Under the pieces are notes generated by a model. The model searched no databases. It was not told the origin of the DNA and saw only the letters and a list, made by a program, of their open reading frames with translations. Position numbers and translations under genes: made by a program. Positions 12,317 to 23,014 of a stretch of 64,000 nt of DNA are shown here, in pieces; within the stretch, counting starts at the first letter, position 1; the number at the start of each line of letters is the position of its first letter. Origin of the DNA: Ranitomeya imitator (Eukaryota); the NCBI RefSeq assembly GCF_032444005.1, contig NC_091284.1, positions 37,386,001 to 37,450,000 on the forward strand, read 5' to 3'.

Positions 12317-12730
12317 ATTGGCAAAGCAGCTGGGCCCGATGGCCTCAGTCCACGTGTCCTCAGAGCGTGTGCAAACCAACTGTGCACTGTCTTCCAGGAC
12401 CTGTTGAACTGGAGCCTTCAATCACAGGGGGTACCAGGACTGTGGAAGACCACCTGCCTGGTGCCGGTTCCCACTTTTCCAACTTCCCTACAAGACTATC
12501 GTCCAGTGGCCTTAACATCACATGCTATGAAATCCTTGGAGAGAATACTCGCCTACTTGTGTCCGAGGGTGAGGGCCTACACTGATCCCCTACAGTTTGG
12601 GTACCAGCAGAGATTGGGGGTGGATGATGCTGTAGTTTCTCTGTTACATATAGTACATTCATTCTTGGACAATGATGGAACTGCAGTGTGCGCCATGTTT
12701 TTTGACTTATCAAGTGCTTTCAATACCTTT
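12317..12730 (+). mobile_element. Rex1/Babar-like non-LTR RT fragment
   Basis: GKAAGPDGLSPRVLRACANQLC...WKTTCLVPVP...DYRPVALTS...DPLQFGYQ...VDDAV...MFFDLSSAFNT. Confidence 0.8.
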
Positions 12731-13439
12731 TTTCCCCCCGTGATCCATAAAGTGTATCGTATAACCAAAGTAAGAACGTCAGATATTGGATACTGCTGCC
12801 ATCAATATATATAATTGTCAAAGGGGCACTTCTGTCTGTCTGTCTGTCACGGAAATCCCGCTTCGCTGATTGGTCGAGGCCGCGACCAATCAGCGACGGG
12901 CACAGTCCGGCCAAGAATTAGTCCCTCCCTACTTCCGTCCAGTCAGTGCCCAGCACCCGCTCCATACTCCCCTCCAGTCAGCGCTCACACAGGGTTAATG
13001 GCAGCGTTAACGGACCTCGTTATGCCGCGGGTAACGCACTCCGTTACCGCTATTAACCCTGTGTGACCAACTTTTTACTATTGATGCTGTCTATGCAGCA
13101 TCAATAGTAAAAAGATCTAATGTTAAAAATAATAAAAAAACAAAAAACCTGCTATTCTCACCTTCCTTCGTCCGCCGATGCGTGCGCAGCTGCTGCCAGC
13201 TTCCGTTCCCAGTGATGCACTAATAATCTTTATTTTTTATTTTTGTGAAATTACCCAGAAGACTTAGCGGTCTCGCGAGACCGCTAAGTCATTCGGGTAA
13301 TTTCGCAATGCATCGCTGGGAATGGAAGCTGGCGGCAGCTGCGCACGCATCGGGAGAGCTTCGCTGGATGCCGGAGGGTGAGTATATAACTAGTCTGTAT
13401 TTTAATTTTTTTTTTTTTAAACAGGGATATGGTGCCCAC

Positions 13440-14022
13440 ACTGCTATATACTATGTGAGCTGTGTTATATACTGCGTGGCTGCTATACACTACGTGGGCA
13501 GTGTTATATACTGCGTAGGCAGTGTTATATACTGCGTGGGCTGTGCTATATACTATGTGTGCTGTTATATACTGCGTGGCTGCTATATACTACGTGGGCT
13601 GTGTTATATATTACGTGGGCTGTGTTATATACTGCATGGGCTGTGTTATATACTGCGTGGGCTGTGCTATATATTGCGTGGGCTGTCCTATATACTGCGT
13701 GGGCTGTGCTATATACTGCATGGGCTGTGCTATATACTACGTGGGCTGTGTTATATACTGCATGGGCTGTGCTATATATTATGTGGGCTGTGTTATATAC
13801 TGCGTGGGCTGTGTTATATACTGCGTGGGCTGTGCTATATACTGCATGGGCTGTGCTATATATTATGTGGGCTGTGTTATATACTGCGTGGGCTGTGTTA
13901 TATACTGCGTGGGCTGTGCTATATACTGCATGGGCTGTGCTATACATTACGTGGGCTGTGTTATATACTGCGTGGCTGCTATATACTACGTGGCCTGTGC
14001 TATATACTATGTGGCTGCTATA
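13440..14022. repeat. 21-bp minisatellite (CTGCGTGGGCTGTGTTATATA), ~27 copies
   Basis: Period of 21 seen directly (e.g. 13801 vs 13822); produces the repetitive ORFs at 13245-14098. Confidence 0.92.
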
Positions 14023-14044
14023 TAAATACATACATACATACATA

Positions 14045-15656
14045 CAGGTCCTTCTCAAAAAATTAGCATATAGTGTTAAATTTCATTATTTACCATAATG
14101 TAATGATTACAATTCAACTTTCATATATTATAGATTCATTATCCACCAACTGAAATTTGTCAGGTCTTTTATTGTTTTAATACTGATGATTTTGGCATAC
14201 AACTCCTGATAACCCAAAAAACCTGTCTCAATAAATTAGCATATTTCACCCATCCAATCAAATAAAAGTATTTTTTAATAACAAACAAAAAAACCATCAA
14301 ATAATAATGTTCAGTTATGCACTCAATACTTGGTCGGGAATCCTTTGGCAGAAATGACTGCTTCAATGCGGCGTGGCATGGAGGCAATCAGCCTGTGACA
14401 CTGCTGAGATGTTATGGAGGCCCAGGATGCTTCAATAGCGGCCTTAAGCTCATCCAGAGTGTTGGGTCTTGCGTCTCTCAACTTTCTCTTCACAATATCC
14501 CACAGATTCTCTATGGGGTTCAGGTCAGGAGAGTTGGCAGGCCAATTGAGCACAGTAATACCATGGTCAGTAAACCATTTACCAGTGGTTTTGGCACTGT
14601 GAGCAGGTGCCAGGTCGTGCTGAAAAATGAAATCTTCATCTCCATAAAGCATTTCAGCCGATGGAAGCATGAAGTGCTCCAAAATCTCCTGATAGCTAGC
14701 TGCATTGACCCTGCCCTTGATGAAACACAGTGGACCAACACCAGCAGCTGACATGGCACCCCACACCATCACTGACTGTGGGTACTTGACACTGGACTTC
14801 AGGCATTTTGGCATTTCCTTCTCCCCAGTCTTCCTCCAGACTCTGGCACCTTGATTTCCGAATGACATGCAAAATTTGCTTTCATCAGAAAAAAGTACTT
14901 GGGACCACTTAGCAACAGTCCAGTGCTGCTTCTCTGTAGCCCAGGTCAGGCGCCTCTGCCGCTGTTTATGGTTCAAAAGTGGCTTTACCTGGGGAATGCG
15001 GCACCTGTAGCCCATTTCCTGCACACGCCTGTGCACGGTGGCTCTGGATGTTTCCACACCAGACTCAGTCCACTGCTTCCTCAGGTTCCCCAAGGTCTGG
15101 AATCGGTCCTTCTCCACAATCTTCCTCAGGGTCCGGTCTCCTCTTCTCGTTGTACAGCGTTTTCTGCCACATTGTTTCCTTCCAACAGACTTACCATTGA
15201 GGTGCCTTGATACAGCACTCTGGGAACAGCCTATTTGTTGAGAAATTTCTTTCTGTGTCTTACCCTCTTGCTTGAGGGTGTCAATGATGGCCTTCTTGAC
15301 ATCTGTCAGGTCGCTAGTCTTACCCATGATGGGGGTTTTGAGTAATGAACCAGGCAGGGAGTTTATAAAAGCCTCAGGTATCTTTTGCATGTGTTTAGAG
15401 TTAATTAGTTGATTCAGAAGATTAGGGTAATAGGTCGTTTAGAGAACCTTTTCTTGATATGCTAATTTATTGAGACAGGTTTTTTGGGTTATCAGGAGTT
15501 GTATGCCAAAATCATCAGTATTAAAACAATAAAAGACCTGACAAATTTCAGTTGGTGGATAATGAATCTATAATATATGAAAGTTTAATTGTAATCATTA
15601 CATTATGGTAAATAATGAAATTTAACACTATATGCTAATTTTTTGAGAAGGACCTG
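14045..15656 (-). mobile_element. Full-length Tc1 (DD34E) transposon, 200-bp IR/DR-type TIRs, TA TSD
   Basis: TA|CAGGTCCTTCTC...GAGAAGGACCTG|TA. TIRs 14045-14244 and 15457-15656 are nearly identical, with the direct repeat AAATTAGCATAT at both ends of each TIR. Confidence 0.95.
14323..15327 (-). CDS. Intact Tc1 transposase, 334 aa
   Basis: MGKTSDLTDVKKAIID... paired-like HTH with GRK motif; FSDES, FQHDLAPAH and SPDLNPIE with 34 residues between the second D and the E; no stops or frameshifts. Confidence 0.93.
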   Translation of the reverse strand: MGKTSDLTDVKKAIIDTLKQEGKTQKEISQQIGCSQSAVSRHLNGKSVGRKQCGRKRCTTRRGDRTLRKIVEKDRFQTLGNLRKQWTESGVETSRATVHRRVQEMGYRCRIPQVKPLLNHKQRQRRLTWATEKQHWTVAKWSQVLFSDESKFCMSFGNQGARVWRKTGEKEMPKCLKSSVKYPQSVMVWGAMSAAGVGPLCFIKGRVNAASYQEILEHFMLPSAEMLYGDEDFIFQHDLAPAHSAKTTGKWFTDHGITVLNWPANSPDLNPIENLWDIVKRKLRDARPNTLDELKAAIEASWASITSQQCHRLIASMPRRIEAVISAKGFPTKY

Positions 15657-17614
15657 TACATATTCTAGAATACCCGATGCGTTAGAATCAGGCCACCATC
15701 TAGTCTCACTTATAATAGGATTTCTCTGGTTTGGCCATGGGTTCTATCATTTTGATTCTTCCTGTTAAATCTATGGAAACTGTCAATGGAGGTTACGAAT
15801 GGAGCCACAGATGGCAGCATGAAAAAAAGGCTAAGACGTTGTTCACACTTGTTTTTTTTTAGGAGTTTTTTTTAGGTGGAAACTCTCCAAAATCCTCATT
15901 AAGGATCTCTTGAAGAGTATATACACATGGCGTCATTTAGACATGGAGCAGCTGTTGAACTTTTCCAGGTGAAACCGCTTCTGGAAAAGCTGGAGGTAGA
16001 ATGTGCACAGCAATGTCATTTTGTTGTTGCCTTGTCGTTGGCTGCTGGGCATACATGAATTGGCCAATTTATGAGCAAAATATCTTCATATTTTTCCTAT
16101 TTCCTAGAGCTGTAATGCAATTCCAATTTCATGCTTGCATAGCATAGTGTTATAGTGCTATTTTATTAGTTAGAAATAAATGGAGATGGCTACTCTTAGT
16201 ACCTGTACACACCTGCTTTTTGGTTGAAAGTGACAGTCAGCCTTTGTTACTTTCATACCCGAAAGTTGGCTTTGGAGTCGATCTCTTGTCTCAAAGGTCT
16301 TTCTCTCTTTTTTTATGGCTTATACCCATGTAAGAGCTTAGTCACCACTGCTGATATGATCTATGTGTGCAGTGACAGTGGATTTTATACACCGTATCGC
16401 TATAAATTGTGTAATGATTTCCTGCTCCAGTAAGACGTACCGTACCTCTAAATGCGATTCCAGCATTATTGACCAGAACATCCAGACCACCATACCTTTC
16501 ATCCAAGTAATTACACAGAGCCCAGATGCCGGTCACTTTGGTAATATCCAGCTGATGGGACAACCCTTCATTGTTTAGGGTCTTGACAGCTTCTTCTCCA
16601 AGTTCTGTCTCCCTGGTTGTCAGATACACGTCTCCCTCGAACTGTTTGCACAGATCCCTGACCACAGCCAGTCCGAACCCTTTATTGCCCCCTGTGACTA
16701 CTGCAACCCTCTCTCCGGCCAAGCTCAAAGTCCCAACGGCATATGTAGAAGACCTACGTAATATGTTGACATCAGGTTCAGTTAAGGACACCAGGAATTT
16801 ATTACAAAAGCTCCCTCCGCAGAACAGAAAGACACGACAGCAGATTAGACTTGAGCCTCACATATATTGACATCCAGCGTTGGGAACGAGTAAATGATAA
16901 CATCACTGGTGGTCTAGAGCAATAATGGAATTATTAGCAGTTAGTCCTTTTTAATATAACCTTCTAAATTATACATCTCGATATAATAACCATGAAACCA
17001 CTTTATCAAGGGTGTGTGTCATTCAGGTAACAAAAAAAACAATTATTTGACAAAAATACATAAAAATTATTATTAAAATAGAAAGGTGCTGAAAATGAAA
17101 AAGGGAACAATTGACAACGTTATGCAAAGTATTCAGTAACCGTTCATGTGGTATTATTCGATCACTATGTGGTGGTAACATGTAGTCCGGCCATAGTGTG
17201 GCGGTATTTATTTCTTGTATGTGGTATTATTCAATCACTGTGTGGTGGTAATATGGTGTCTTGTCATGATGTGGCAGTATTTGTCCCTTGTATGTGGTAT
17301 TATTCGGTCACTATGTTGTGGTAATACACGGTCTGGTCACGTTGTGATGGTATTTGACCTTGTCATGGTGTCGTTTTAATAAATCTTTTGGCCAAAACAA
17401 AAGGTGGCTGTATATGTGACATGGTGCTTGATGGGATCTGTTACTGTGTGATTGTTGAGGATGAGGTACATAAGTGGAGCTGGTATGTGGGACTGTGGAA
17501 GGTGGGTGGGTGGAATCAAAGCTGAGGTGGAGTCTAGGGAGAGTCTCAAGGGGGACCAAAAATGTTTCTAATATGTGGCCCTGAAATTCCTGTGGGCAGC
17601 CGTGCCTGGTGAAC

Positions 17615-17760
17615 TGTAGCAGTCATGGAATAAATAATAACATCTCTGGTGGTCTAGAGCAGTAATGGAATAAATAATAACATCTCTGGTGGTCTAGAGC
17701 AGTCATGGAATAAATGATAACATCTCTGGTGGTCTAGAGCAGTAATGGAATAAATAACAT
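17615..17760. repeat. 40-bp minisatellite (~3.5 copies) with related monomers near 16890 and 17790
   Basis: CATCTCTGGTGGTCTAGAGCAGTAATGGAATAAATAATAA repeats at 17641, 17681 and 17721. Confidence 0.8.
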
Positions 17761-17957
17761 CCCTTGCAGTTTGAAACACAGTAATCCCTGGTGGTCTGGA
17801 GCTGTAATGTGAGGAATAAGAACATCACTAGTGTTCTGGAGCCCTATAGAATATGTCACATTTCCTTTGGGACCTGCACTGGAGACTATGGCTTCTATCA
17901 TCAGGTGCCACAGTATTAATTCTGCTAGCTGTGCGGTGATGGGGAAGATGTCAGGAC

Positions 17958-18663
17958 TAGGGTTGAGCGACTTTTACTTTTATAGGATCGGGTCGGGTTT
18001 CACGAAACCCGACTTTTTCAAAAGTCGGGTCGAGTGAAATCGGCCGATCCTATAAAAAAGTCGGGGTCGGCCGAAACTCGAAACCCAATGCAGTGCATTG
18101 GGTTTCCAATGGTTCCCAGGGTCTGAAGGAGAGGAAACTCTCCTTCAGGCCCTGCGATCCATATTTAAGTGTAAAATAAAGAATTGAAATAAAAAATATC
18201 GCTATACTCACCCTCGGACGCGCCCTGGTACTAACCGGGAACCTTCATTCCTTCGAATCAGCGCTTGCAGGACCTTGCGGTGACGTCGCGGCTTGTGATT
18301 GGTCGCGCGAGCGGTCACATGGGCGGTCGCGCGACCAATCACAAGCCGCGACGTCACCGCAAGGTCCTGCAAGCGCTGATTCGAAGGAAGAAAGGCTGCC
18401 GGTTAGTACCAGGGCGCGTCAGAGGGTGAGTATAGCGATATTTTTTATTTTAATTCTTTATTTTACACTTAAATATGGATTCCGATACCGATTTCCGATA
18501 TTGCAAACATATCGGAACTCGGTATCGGAATTCCGATACCAGATTCAGAAGATCGCCGACCTCATGGCCGACCCCACACAGGGGTCGGGTCGGTTTCATG
18601 AAACCCGACTTTGCCAAAAGTCGGCGACTTCTGAAAATGGCCGACCCGTTTCGCTCAACCCTA
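17958..18663. mobile_element. hAT-type MITE (TIR TAGGGTTGAGCGA), 8-bp TSD
   Basis: TSD GTCAGGAC at 17950-17957 and 18664-18671; long internal palindrome centred near 18320. Confidence 0.88.
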
Positions 18664-19750
18664 GTCAGGACCAGAAGGTCTGGGCGCCGCAGGCTCTGTC
18701 CAGCCACTGACTAGGGTGGCTCAGACCTGTAGTGCCATCAGCTGGAGTAATCAGTTCCCTACCTAGGCCAATTGGACAGCACCACACCCTATAAAAGGCT
18801 CCCAGTTCCCTGCTGGAACCTGCCAGTTATTGTTCTGCTTGCCTGGTTCACACAGCCGGATTTCAGCTCCTGGGCTCTAGTGGATTTTTCCTATTTATGA
18901 CCTTTTTTGCAGACCATTCTGTTGTCTGACGCTTTGTACTTTGCCCTCCTGGTTCTGACTAAGCAGCCGACCTGGTGGCACCAGCCCTGGGGTCCCTGGA
19001 TCAGTCCAGACTCCTGTACAGGTTTTAAAGCGTGAAGGCCAAGGCAACCCCTCTCATCTGGTAAATAGAAGGTCTAGAGCATATATACTGTCGTCCATAT
19101 CATGAGTTTGAGACTATTAATACCAGAAGATTGTGGTCGGTACAAGGACACTTTTTATACATGAGATCTTCTGTGCAACGAAGGATGAACGTCTATTACA
19201 TACTTGGAAAGGGCGTTATACTTTTAGCCTTGTAGATTGTGATCTGAGAAGGCCAAAGAACATTTTTATTGGGTCCGTTCCAAAATAGCAGACCAAGTAG
19301 GGCCCGAGGTATTAAGATCGGCTTTGTTCATGTCAGTATTAATGAAGGCAGCGATGAAGATGCCTAATTCACTAAGAGCAGCTCGCCACTTAAAGGAAAC
19401 CTGTCACCAGGTTTGGCCGCTCTTATTCTCTCCTGAATGCTTAAGAACGTTACATTCCACAAATTATAATTTCATTAGATTTAATATGATTAGATTTTAG
19501 CCAGGGCCAGATGATGACGACTTTGGCTTCGACAGCCGTCATGCTAGCACAGTTCGAAGTGTACTGGTTCCACTGCTACATCGCAGTTCTATAGCAGTGA
19601 ACGGGGTCACATTGTGGCATCTAAACTACTGCTACAAATACGAAATGAAGCCAAGTTTGATTTTTGGGAATTTTTTAACAGTAGTGACCCCAGTGGCACC
19701 AAGTGAACTTCGGCTTTTGCGGCCAAAGTTGCTGTGTAGCTCTAGCCTTA

Positions 19751-20067
19751 GGCTACGTTCACATTTGTGTTGTTGGGCGCAGCGTCGTCGACGCAACCAA
19801 CAACGCATATACACAACGCTGCGTTTTTTGACGCATGCGTTGACATAAACTAGTAACGCTCATGAATTTTGGCGCAGGGAAAACGCTACAAGCAGCATCG
19901 TCCGCACCCTGTCTGGTGCGTCAAATTGACGCATGCGTCGTAAAACGCAATACAACGCATACCGGCGCATGTCCATGCGCCCCCCATGTTAAAGATAGGG
20001 GCGCATGACGCATGCGTTGGTATGCATCGACGACGCTGCGCCCAACAACGCAAATGTGAACGTAGCC
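19751..20067. mobile_element. PIF/Harbinger-type MITE (TIR GGCTACGTTCACATTTG), TSD TTA; copy-A specific
   Basis: TTA at 19748-19750 and 20068-20070; the empty site CTAGCCTTAATTAG is present in copy B (~32905). Confidence 0.92.
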
Positions 20068-20489
20068 TTAATTAGTCTTCAGAAGAGGAGACAGAGGTGC
20101 TGGTGACTGAGCCAGAAGGCCATCTTTGTGTGGACTTGACACTGAACAGCTTGCACTGTATTTTAATACATGCAAACAGAAGACAAAACAGTTAAAAGTT
20201 TATAATTAAAATCAATTGTTTTAATCACAAAATTATGTAAAATGCGCTTAATAAAACATGCAAAGGTGTTTAACTATAACTGTATGGGGAAAAGTGCAGT
20301 GTTTGGTTGAAATGTGTTTTTCAGCTCCAATTTCAAATAAAATATACTAATAAGTAGATAAAGACAAGATTTTGGAATTATTCAGAATAAAAAAAAAAAT
20401 TATGATAGGTACTAGGGGTGTTGGCTACTACTAAAAAAATTAAAAAAAAAAAAATACGCCCCTGGCAGAACTAAAATGAAAAAGACTTG

Positions 20490-20538
20490 AATACACTAAT
20501 AGATCACAGACTGCACATCAGTCAACAGCGTGATGCAG

Positions 20539-20573
<35 letters not shown>

Positions 20574-22003
20574 GCAAACAGTTCTAGGATGTATTAACAG
20601 AAGCATAAAGTCTAGATCAGGGATCTCAAACATGTCAAGGAGCCCCCCGTGATATTGCGGCCCAGTCCTGAAGACTGCCGAAGTCAGAGTTTATTTTTCA
20701 ACTGAATGTGCGTCAGCTCTCTGCGCCGCAATACCAATATTAGTCACCGGCCAATTAGTGGCCTGTAGCTGACGTCAGGAAGTCGGCACGGGCAACGTGT
20801 GACGTCACTGCTGTGCACCACCCAGGCTGCTGTGGAGGACAGGGTGCAGTTCGCTGAGGGAGTAGAGGTCAGGGGAGAAGGATTTTTTTTTTGTAATGTG
20901 TATGTTAAGTGTGACAGAATTGGGGAAATTACTATACAATGGTGAACAGGTTGGGCTCATTACTACAAGATGTAGACCAGGAAGGGGGAAATGACTACAA
21001 GATGTTGGTCAAAATTACTATATGGTGCGAATTGTAAAAATAAAAAAATAAAAAAAATCACTGTATATGGCCAATTAGGGGGCAAAAAAAGAAAAATTGT
21101 AAAACAAAAGTTCAAAATAAAGTATGAAAATGTGTTTTGGACACTAAAAATGCTGTTTTATCTATACACTAAAGTAAACAAAAATAATGCACATTTGTCA
21201 TCGCCGCACTCTTAACGACCCAACAATAAAACTGTACCATAGACCAGGGGGTGTCAAACTGCATTCCTCGAGGGCTGCAAACAGGTCATGTTTTCAGGAT
21301 TTCCTTGTACTGCACAGGTGATCATTTAATCACCTACACACATAATGATTGCAGCACCTTATGCAATGCTAAGGAAATCTTGAAAACACGCATGGTTTGC
21401 GGCCCTCGAGGAATGCAGTTTGACAACCCTGCCATAGACCATACGATAAATGCCATTTAAAAGAATAAAAAAAAAATAAAAAAAAAATGTTTTTTTAAAA
21501 AAAAAAAATTATTCCCCTCTACTCCTCTTTGGTTAGGCGTCATCTGGAATACTGTGTCCAGTTCCGGGCACATTTTAAAAAAGGACGTTGAAAAACAGGA
21601 GCAAATTCAGAGAAGAGTGACCAGGATGGTGAGCAGACTGCAAACTATGCCCTACGAGGAACGGTTAAAGGATCTGGGAATGTTTTGCTTGCAAAAAAAG
21701 GCGAAGAGGAGACTTAATAGCTGTCTACAAATATCTGAAGGGCTGTCACAGTGTAGCGGGATCATCATTATTCTCATTTGCACATGGAAACACGAGAAGC
21801 AATGGGATGAAACTGAATGGGAGAAGATAAAGATTAGAAAAAATGTTTTGACAGTGAGGGCGATCAATGAGTGGAACAGGCTGTCACGAGAGGTGGTGAG
21901 TTCTCCTTCAATGGAAGTCTTCACACAGAGGCTGGATAGACATCTGCCTGAGATGGTTTAGTGAATCCTGCACGGAGCAGGGGGTTGGACATGATGACTG
22001 TGG
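20490..22003 (+). mobile_element. CR1 LINE 3' end, interrupted by a hAT-like element (~20619-21510)
   Basis: Degenerate CR1 RT C-terminal text (EYCVQF..HFKKDVEKQEQIQRRVTRMV..L..MPYEERLKDLGMF, RAINEWNRLSREVVSSPSMEVFTQRLD) and a CR1-type 3' UTR. Duplicated in copy B at ~33330-33437 and ~38740-39237. Confidence 0.8.
21245..21431. mobile_element. hAT-type MITE (TIR CAGGGGGTGTCAAACTGC), 8-bp TSD; copy-A specific
   Basis: TSD CCATAGAC at 21237-21244 and 21432-21439; a single CCATAGCC at the matching site in copy B (~38682). Confidence 0.88.
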
Positions 22004-23014
22004 AGCAGGGCCGGCTTCAGGTTTTCGTGGGCCCTGAGCGAAAGAGTGTCAGTGGGCCCCTTTAGCACACACACCGCAATTCATGATGCACAGATACGGC
22101 AGAGATAAATATAAGTATAGCACAATGCCAAAGATTTCACTTACATTACATGAGTGACATCAATAGCTCAGAATGTGGACAGTATAGTGCTCCATACAGT
22201 ATTATGGGCACCACATAGTCCTCCATACAGAATAATGAGCCCCGTAAAAGTATATGATGAGCCCTCGCTGGAAGAAGAAACCAGGAGACCTTGGGGCTTT
22301 AGGACACAGGCAGCAGTATGGATAAGTGCCGAAGGTTCCATTAGGGGAGAATGTTTTTTTTTTTAACTTTAGCAGCACCAGGGGCCTATTTTTAATCCTT
22401 GGTGGACAACCTATTTACTTAGAAGAATTGCATTTTTTGTGGCCTAAGGGTTTTTCTTAATTTGGTAAAGATCAACGTTGATTTATGAATTATTGTTGAT
22501 CTTTACCAAATAAAGAAAAACCCCTTAGGCCACAAAAATGCAATTCTTCTAAGTAAATAGGTGAGTAGTCGTATGTGACTAGTCTGTAGGAGCGCTTAGG
22601 TCCTTATAGAGAGAACCATACAGGTGGCTCTAGGACAAATTGTTTTGGGTGACTGTTTATAGCACGACTGAATTTTACATACTGAGGCAATTCCTGCATC
22701 TTTCTGTGGTGACAGTGGGACAATCCACAACCACCCAACAGTTGACCTGAACGAATGAGACTTAAGGAATAGGAATCAGTCTTTGGTTCCTTCAGGATCA
22801 TATTGGAGTGATATCTTCGATGCTACAACTGTACAAGACCAGGAAAGAAAACCAGACACTTTAGGTAAAGTCATTGTTTATTTTTAAGTGCAAAACGACA
22901 TTTTACATGAGACAAAGAAAGGTCACCATATCAATGAGTGCGAATCTTAAGGCCAAGAGCTAATATAAGGGCATCGCGGCTTAGGAATTACACCGAATCA
23001 GAGGAATTTTACAT

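Larger units (their letters stand above)
12802..15703 (+). mobile_element. Non-autonomous Helitron-like element carrying a 21-bp minisatellite and interrupted by a Tc1
   Basis: 5' A|TCAATATATATAATTG; 3' hairpin CCCGAT(GCGTTAGA)ATCAGG followed 8 nt later by CTAG|T; inserted between A and T with no TSD. Confidence 0.7.
7501..16722 (-). pseudogene. CBR1: CBR1-type carbonyl reductase pseudogene: exon 1 16722-16446, exon 2 12272-12162, only the 3' end of exon 3 (~7635-7501)
   Basis: Exon 1 VAVVTGGNKGFGLAVVRDLC...DVLVNNAGIAFR has TTG in place of the ATG and a 9-bp deletion. Exon 2 ADTTLLAFQAEVILKTNFFFATRDVCRELMPLIRPN is 111 bp with AG/GT. The exon 3 remnant is MTGPHATKSQDEGVITPVYLAFLPT...C*. The catalytic YxxxK part of exon 3 and intron 2 are absent and replaced by Penelope/MITE sequence. 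Confidence 0.85.

Noticed and set aside
12089-12814. 241-aa ORF
   Set aside because: Chimera of MITE end, antisense CBR exon 2 and the Rex1/Babar RT fragment.
13245-14098. Long Cys/Tyr-rich ORFs in several frames
   Set aside because: Translations of the 21-bp minisatellite; no coding signature.
18700-19400. LTR-like segment with a TATAAAAGG box
   Set aside because: No TG...CA termini, TSD or coding remnant that I could define; too uncertain to call.
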